Shown one piece after another: positions 60,501 through 64,000 of a stretch of 64,000 nt of DNA. Each line of letters starts with the position of its first letter. The first letter of the stretch is position 1. Where the stretch lies: positions 128,001 through 192,000 of the forward strand of contig CAWDXE010000006.1 of the NCBI GenBank assembly GCA_963806185.1, written 5' to 3'. Origin of the DNA: an uncultured candidate division Zixibacteria bacterium (GTDB lineage: Bacteria; Zixibacteria; MSB-5A5; GN15; FEB-12). A program made the translations under genes and the position numbers. The notes beneath the pieces are model-generated. The model made no database searches and was not told where the DNA came from. It saw only the letters and a program-made list of their open reading frames with translations.

Positions 60501-60616
60501 TGTGGGCCGATCGGGTTGAGCACGGGAGGAGCGGTTTGCGCTCCCGCAGTCATCGCGAACGCCGCGACGATCAGAAGTACCAGCAAACTCAAGCGTGTAT
60601 TCATAAGGTAAGTCAT
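51515..60616 (-). CDS. Giant secreted protein, 31 tandem Ig/cadherin-like repeats (about 93 aa) with C-terminal dockerin-like domain
   Basis: Signal peptide; 31 counted N.xPVL..IG...DPD...DNGNGTGTFNWTP.F.QAG.Y.VTF.A.DG...DSE repeats; end GDIDNN....NDMAYLISYLF..GP.P..ADVDNDGSVNILDVTYLINFLY; GGAGG RBS. Confidence 0.92.
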   Translation of the reverse strand: MTYLMNTRLSLLVLLIVAAFAMTAGAQTAPPVLNPIGPQSINEGLTLTVADTATDVDATTPIMQTGPLPANASWVDHGDGTGTLTFTPDFTQAGIVNVIFIALDPVTSDADSETVAITVNNVNQDPILAAIGAQNVNENVALNFGVSASDPDATTPTLTTSALPTGAGFTDNGNGTGTFNWTPDFTQAGGYSVTFYATDGTATDSEVVAITVNNVNQDPVLAAIGAKSVNENVNLNFGVSASDPDATTPTLTTSALPTGAGFTDNGNGTGTFNWTPTFAQAGPYSVTFYASDGTATDSEVVAITVNNVNQDPILAAIGAQNVNENVALNFGVTASDPDATTPTLTTSALPTGAGFTDNGNGTGTFNWTPTFAQAGGFSVTFYATDGTATDSEVVAITVNNVNQDPILAAIGAKGGAEGALLTFGITASDADGTTPTLTTSALPTGAGFVDNGNGTGTFNWTPDFTQAGGYSVTFYATDGTATDSEVVAITISGSNQAPVLAAIGAQSVNENVNLNFGVSAADADATTPSLTTSALPTGAGFTDNGNGTGTFNWTPTFAQAGPYSVTFYASDGTATDSEVVAITVNNVNQDPVLAAIGAKNGAEGSLLTFVTSASDPDGTTPSFTSSTLPTGATYIDNANGTATFSWTPDFTQAGGYSVTFRGTDGVATDSEVVSITISGTNQAPVLAAIGAKSVNENANLNFGVSASDPDATTPTLTTSALPTGAGFTDNANGTGTFNWTPTLAQAGPYNVTFYATDGTVTDSEVVAITVNNVNQDPVLAAIGAKNVNENVNLNFGVSASDPDATTPTLTTSALPSGASFVDNANGTGTFNWTPTFAQSGPYSVTFYASDGTATDSEVVAITVNNVNQDPILAAIGAKGGVEGALLTFGITASDADGTTPTLTTSALPTGAGFVDNANGTGTFTWTPDFTQAGGYSVTFYATDGTATDSEVVAITISTTNLAPILAAIGAKSVNENVNLNFGVSASDADATTPTLTTSALPSGASFIDNANGTGTFNWTPTFAQAGGYSVTFYASDGIATDSEVVAITVNNVNQDPILAAIGAQNINENVNLNFNVTAADADGTTPSFTTSTLPSGATFIDNGNGTGTFNWTPTFAQAGSFNVTFRATDGTATDSEVVAITVNNVNQDPVLAAIGAKGGLEGALLTFGVTAADADGTTPSFTTSTLPTGAAFLDNGNGTGTFSWTPDFTQSGVYPVTFRATDGVATDSEVVTITIAGTNLDPVLAAIGAKNVNENVNLNFGVSASDPDATTPTLTTSALPSGASFVDNANGTGTFNWTPTFAQSGSFNVTFYASDGIATDSEIVAITVNNVNQDPILAAIGAKGGVEGALLTFGITASDADGTTPTLTTSALPTGAGFVDNANGTGTFTWTPDFTQAGGYSVTFYATDGTATDSEVVAITISTTNLAPILAAIGAKSVNENVNLNFGVSASDADATTPTLTTSALPSGASFIDNANGTGTFNWTPTFAQAGGYSVTFYASDGIATDSEVVAITVNNVNQDPILAAIGAQSISENTNLNFGVSANDPDGNSPVLTTSALPTGATFIDNANGTGTFNWTPGFTQAGGYSVTFYASDGTVTDSEVVAITVSNTNQLPVLAAIGGKAINEGVNLAFTITAADADGVIPTLTSTAVPTGATFIDNGDGTGTFNWTPDFTQSGGYSVTFYASDGVATDSEVVAISVLDAGNQAPILAAIGNQTVSENVALNFAVSAADPELTPLTLTTSTLPANAGFVDNGDGTGSFAFNPDFTQAGVYTVTFIATDAGLAADSETITITVTDLNRNPVLAAIGAQSTTENTLLTFSTSASDPDGTTPTLTTSTLPAGAVYTDNGNGTGSFSWTPNFTQAGFHTVRFYASDGITADSEDVVITVLEAGNQPPVFATRADTSIAEGAVLSFSVSATDPDGGIPSLTIENSPTNVAFVDNGNGTGTFTFSPDFTQAGLYPIRFIATDASLGADSIVVNVTVLNTNRLPVLFPIGPYTTTEGAALSFDITAADQDGVMPVLSTSTRPSGANFADHLNGTGTLSWTPGFTQAGVYNVTFYATDGQYPADIDSEIVVITVAEAGNQRPVLALIGNRAGVEGGLLTFNVTAADPDGTLPTFSASPLPTNATFTNNGNGTATFVFSPDFNQEGSFLLTFVATDGVLADSELVQITIFPSGNVPPIFTVVADTLVNEGDSLILNVSASDPDAPTVAPRLSVSTTLLHYTFVDHNDGTGTLTYKPGYFDAGIDTVRFFAIDYGTPIQTGVEIVQVTTNDVNRPPTFAAAGPFGVKVNDPLVFTLTAYDSTDAVAGNRIFLSAVNMPTGATFTDNGDNTGTFRFTPTAGQAGTNVVNFLAVDQGVPSKSTLIAINVVVKTVNLPPVLAAIGTKAVTEGQSLVVNVSGSDPDDGAPVLRTGALPANATFVDNLNGTAVFTFNPSFTQAGLYAVTFEAYDGFAVDKEVVFIQVIEAGNQTPVFDSIPASPAITEGQTGLFRIKVHDPDGGTVTMSLLEIVPAALITFADSGNGLGTFYMAPNYLQAGSYTITIRATDGTVADTIDIVLTIVEAGNQPPVLANITDKSVRELNALNFNISATDVDATNYPLLTANPLPAGATFTDNRNGTGTFSWAPTDTDSGFYQVFFKAEDFDVAGVADSQLVNISVLDTNRAPVIITYGARTMFEGDTLIYLVNAFDFDGTIPKIRARLDGVTDSLATNMSIADSGNGSALLRFIPSYSQGAVSPGTFYYVRFYAKDGADSSIVQDALAPVQIAVLDRNALPIVTVAGGEGTKTIAEGVTLSFVVSATDPDGGATLPTLSAQNMPVGATFVGTTNVKTFSFTPTFSQAGIYTVRFIAVDSKAARDTAIIQIDVTEAGNQAPVFSTVLADTTNCPANVITNVVARAADPDLQTLTMTATPIVTNAGFVDSLNGTGNYIFLPDNAQIGLVSQIRIIATDPGGLADTATTVIRVVAFLRGDIDNNSRYTMNDMAYLISYLFRQGPEPVTMVAADVDNDGSVNILDVTYLINFLYFNGPQPPR

Positions 60617-60628
60617 CCTCCCAGTCCT

Positions 60629-63410
60629 CTATTTCAGGAAAAGCATCTTCTTAGTTTGGTTGTCGTCACCAACCTGCAAGCGGTACAGATAAAGCCCGGT
60701 GGCGACCCGACGCCCGGCGTCGGAAGTAGCATCCCAGGAAACCTTATAATCGCCCGGCGCGCGGGTGTCGTCAACGAGCGTTTTCACATGTTGGCCCAGG
60801 ACGTTGAATATTTCGAGCTTCGTCTTTTTGAAAGCCTCGTTCGATACCGGCACCGAGAATTCAATAATGGTGGTCGGATTAAACGGATTGGGGTAGTTCT
60901 GGCGAAGCAGGAAGCTGATCGGGAGCACCGGATCGACGCCCTTGGACGGTGATGGAGCCGGCCGTGGCAGTCGACAGGAGCGCTTGGGTCAGGCGGATGG
61001 CAGAGCGGTCGCCGGCGCGAAAGTCCTTTTTCGCGGTCATCGGGATTTCGACCAGATCGGCCAGTCCGGGCTGTAGTAACTCATTGTAGCGGAACGGCTT
61101 CATGTGGTAAATGAGCACCTTCATGCGGCCGCCGCCGTTGTCTTTATAGTTGATGGTGAATTTCTCGTTAAATGCCGTGAGCTTGGGAGCACCGAGCGTC
61201 ACGGTTTCGGGATCATACTCAACCTCGAGCTGAACCCCGGCTACCTGATCGGGCAATTCGGAGCGAACTGCCATGGTCTCGGAGGAGCCGGACGAAAGAT
61301 CGTCGTAGGCCAGTGACATAACGGCCACGTCGGTCGGGCTCGGCTGCGGCGGTGCCGGATTGATCGGCAGGCCGTAGATCAGATTGATGTCGGCCACGAG
61401 GTCGAAGACGTCGATGTTCGAATCAACAATGATATCGGCAGTACGGAACTGACGGAAAGTGAGGTCGAAGGTCGCGATGATCTTGGCGACGATGTTCACC
61501 AGATCGGCGACGTCAATGAACTTATCGAGGTTAACGTCGCCCGGGTTGTCGCACTCGACGACGCCGGAGTCGGTGACCAGCTCGACCGATCCGAAATTCG
61601 GATTGGGGTTGATCGAACCGCGTCCGTTCTTGAGGCCGAGCCAGTAGGTGGTCCACGGCACGGCGCTGGAATCGAGCGTCAGCCAGGCGTACATCACGGC
61701 CGTGCCGGAGGCGGAATCGACGCCGACCGGTTCATTGTTGAGGCCGAACGACAGCACCCGAACTTCACCGGGGGTGACGCCCAGATTGTCGTACACAATG
61801 TACTCAGGCACGCGGCCGCTCACGGTAAAGGAATCGACGCTCACTTGCTGATACGGCCAGGCCAGGTCAAACTGGATGCCGTAGAATGTTTTGTCAGTGA
61901 CCAGGTTGATGGGCCATTTGACTTCCGGCGTGCCGCGCAGTCCGCCGACCGGCTTCTGGCCGGGGGCGGAAACTGAGAAGAGGCGATCGCGGGCAGTCTG
62001 GTTAACAATGACGGTAACCGAACGTGTCGCGGTACTGGTCGTGGTCGCCTGGAAGGTCAGGGCAAAAGTGCCGGACTGATTGAAGTCAGGCGTGAAGCTG
62101 CAGGTACCGGTTACCTGAGTTGTGCCGACCACCGGATTTGTTGGTGAAAAATTGGCGTTATTCGGCGGCGAAACCATCGACAAGGTGATACTCTGCCCGG
62201 ATGAACCGGCCGTTCCTATTACCGAGAACGAGACCGTCTGGCCTTGATCGATGGTATAGCTGACATCGGTCGGGTTGAAGGAGATTGACGGTCCGCCCGG
62301 AGTCACACCGCTGATGGTCACCTGGGCCTGGTCGGTGGCGGTCTTGGTCGCCTTATAGGCAGTGATAGTGAAAGTCGTGGTGGTCGTGATTTGAGGCGAC
62401 GTAGTACTACCGGTTAAGGCAGTAAACTTGGGTCGATATGAAGCAAATTGCGGCGATGTTATCACTACCGAGTCTATATTCGTCGCCACCCATTGGAGGG
62501 ATGTCGTGCCATTAGAGGCCACCTCGCTCGGATTGGCGATGAGGTCGACGGTCGGGTCGGGGACGTCGACATAGGCGGTGTCAACTTTGAAGCCGCCGTT
62601 GATTTGCGTCGGCCAGACCTGATAGGAAGTGGCGACATACTGGGTGTCGACCACCAGAGGCGAGAGGCTGGTTGTGTCCTCGATAAATGTCAGCGAATCG
62701 AACCAGAGGGTACTTAGCTGAGAGCGACGGCAGCCGACAATGACCGTGTCCAAAATACCGTCAGCGGGGTGATTTGTGTCGGCCACATAGAATTCGTTAG
62801 CCTGATAGAACGTAATAGCGGTAGCCGCATTGTGGAAGACCTTGCCGGCGTGACCCAATTCCTTGACTTTGAACTTCACCGAAAACAGGTTATCAGAACC
62901 TCCGGGCAGACTGTCGATCTTGCCGAAGGGGAGGAAGTTACAGGCGATAACGTCCTTCATACCTTGATAATCGGAGATAACGAGATTGTAGAAGGTGTCG
63001 ATGGAAATCGGAAAGCCGAAATCATCGAGCACAGAATCAATGGTTTTCGGAAAGCGAGCCGACGTGACGGTGTAGTCGACGAAGTTGGAGTCGATCTCCC
63101 ATTCCAAACAGGCGTTGGTGAGTGGATCCTTGTTGATACACACCGAATCCTTCTTGTATGCCGGTGTGAGAAACGCCGTGTCGAACTTCACGAGGACCTG
63201 AAATCCGGCCGTCACCGAATCAGCATCGTAGAAGATCGGCATGCGAGCGGTATCGCCCGGCTTTCCAAGGAACGGGACGACTTTGACGAAGTCGTTCGGG
63301 CTGGGCGTAATACTGCCGCAGCCCAACTGCGCCTGTACCCCCGAGGCCCAGAGGACCAGAACCATCAGAAGAAACAGCGGAATTTTCATCAATCTCATGG
63401 TCACCCTCAT
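60629..63410 (-). CDS. Scaffoldin-like protein: three cohesin-like domains, Ig repeats, internal dockerin, FlgD-Ig/T9SS-type C-terminal domain (+1 frameshift near 60940)
   Basis: GKPGDTARMPI..AGFQVLVKFD; V.WPINL..YGIQFDL.W; VAGVQLEVEYDP; PGDVNLDKFIDVADLV..ADI..D.NIDVFDLV. Removing one base joins VQGVDPVLPISFLLRQNYPNPFNP...KKMLFLK. Confidence 0.8.
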
Positions 63411-63449
63411 CTATTCTCAGCAGAACTTTGCTATGATAAACTCCTGTCC

Positions 63450-63998
63450 CTACTTCACCATCGCCATCTTGCGCGTGAGTGAGACGCCGGTTGCTTCCAA
63501 TCGATACAGATAGATTCCCGAGGCGGCGGCATTGCCGCGGCTGTCATGGCCGTCCCAGCGGATCGTGTGCGTGCCCGCCGGAAGGTCGTTGTCAACAAGT
63601 GTCCGGACCTCCTGCCCGAGAAGATTGTAGATAGCCAGACGAGTGTGTCCGGCTGCCGGCAGGGCGAATTCTATCTGAGTTTCCGGGTTAAACGGATTCG
63701 GATAATTCTGGCTCAGCGCATACTCGGAGGGGAGCGACGCCGCGTCGGACGGCTTTGTCACCGAGACGTACTGACCATCAGCCGAGGCCAGATCGGCGAT
63801 CTGCACCCGGCTGGTGGTCAAGTTTCGTATCGCAAAGAGATCAGAGCGGCCGGCGGAGATTGTCTCACCGGACAGGGAGTACAGCAGCACGTTGACTGTG
63901 TGATCATCAATGAAGGTCACCATGGTCATCTGCGGCTGCAGATTCTCGACGTCGTCAAGCGCGACGGCGCGATCGATTTCGAGGGAGAGAAACAGGCC
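63450..63998 (-). CDS. C-terminal part of a secreted protein with FlgD-Ig/T9SS-type sorting domain (5' end outside window)
   Basis: Frame is open to the window edge; LPSEYALSQNYPNPFNP..IYNLLGQEV..WDG...ASGIYLYRL..RKMAMVK. Confidence 0.85.
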   Translation of the reverse strand, partial: GLFLSLEIDRAVALDDVENLQPQMTMVTFIDDHTVNVLLYSLSGETISAGRSDLFAIRNLTTSRVQIADLASADGQYVSVTKPSDAASLPSEYALSQNYPNPFNPETQIEFALPAAGHTRLAIYNLLGQEVRTLVDNDLPAGTHTIRWDGHDSRGNAAASGIYLYRLEATGVSLTRKMAMVK

Positions 63999-64000
63999 GC

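Noticed and set aside
51515..60616. Diversity-generating retroelement template/variable repeats
   Set aside because: Differences between repeat copies are mostly synonymous rather than adenine-specific, and no reverse transcriptase is present.
60629..60928. Independent 99-aa sorting-domain gene
   Set aside because: It has no signal peptide or RBS and joins the upstream ORF by one base deletion.

Overview
GC-rich bacterial chromosome segment from a diderm organism. The Cys-capped dockerin-like modules and NYPNPFNP-type C-terminal sorting domains suggest a Zixibacteria-like/FCB-related lineage (inference). It holds about 38 CDS and one tRNA-Glu(TTC). Housekeeping content: yggS-divIVA, pruA, mntH-usp, a diguanylate cyclase-nagZ-anmK-spoIID-ompA cell-wall cluster, ggt, a GH35-like protein, a tetraheme cytochrome c and two GT4 glycosyltransferases. 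Two larger patterns stand out. (1) A non-cellulosomal cohesin-dockerin surface system: a multi-cohesin scaffoldin-like protein with a T9SS-type sorting domain lies next to a 3033-aa, 31-repeat Ig-like stalk ending in a dockerin, and four other dockerin-bearing secreted proteins, including M6 and S8 peptidases, occur in the window. (2) Intergenic regions packed with several REP-like palindrome families. A small GIY-YIG nuclease gene is tightly bracketed by an inverted, covarying pair of (C)GTCA-tagged REPs, a gene-less copy of that REP lies 9 kb away, and eight (C)GTCA-type REPs share a polar tandem array of the 5' arm plus a C-rich spacer. Four genes carry single +1 frameshifts that look like assembly indels. 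All family calls come from motif recognition by eye; no database search or computation was run.
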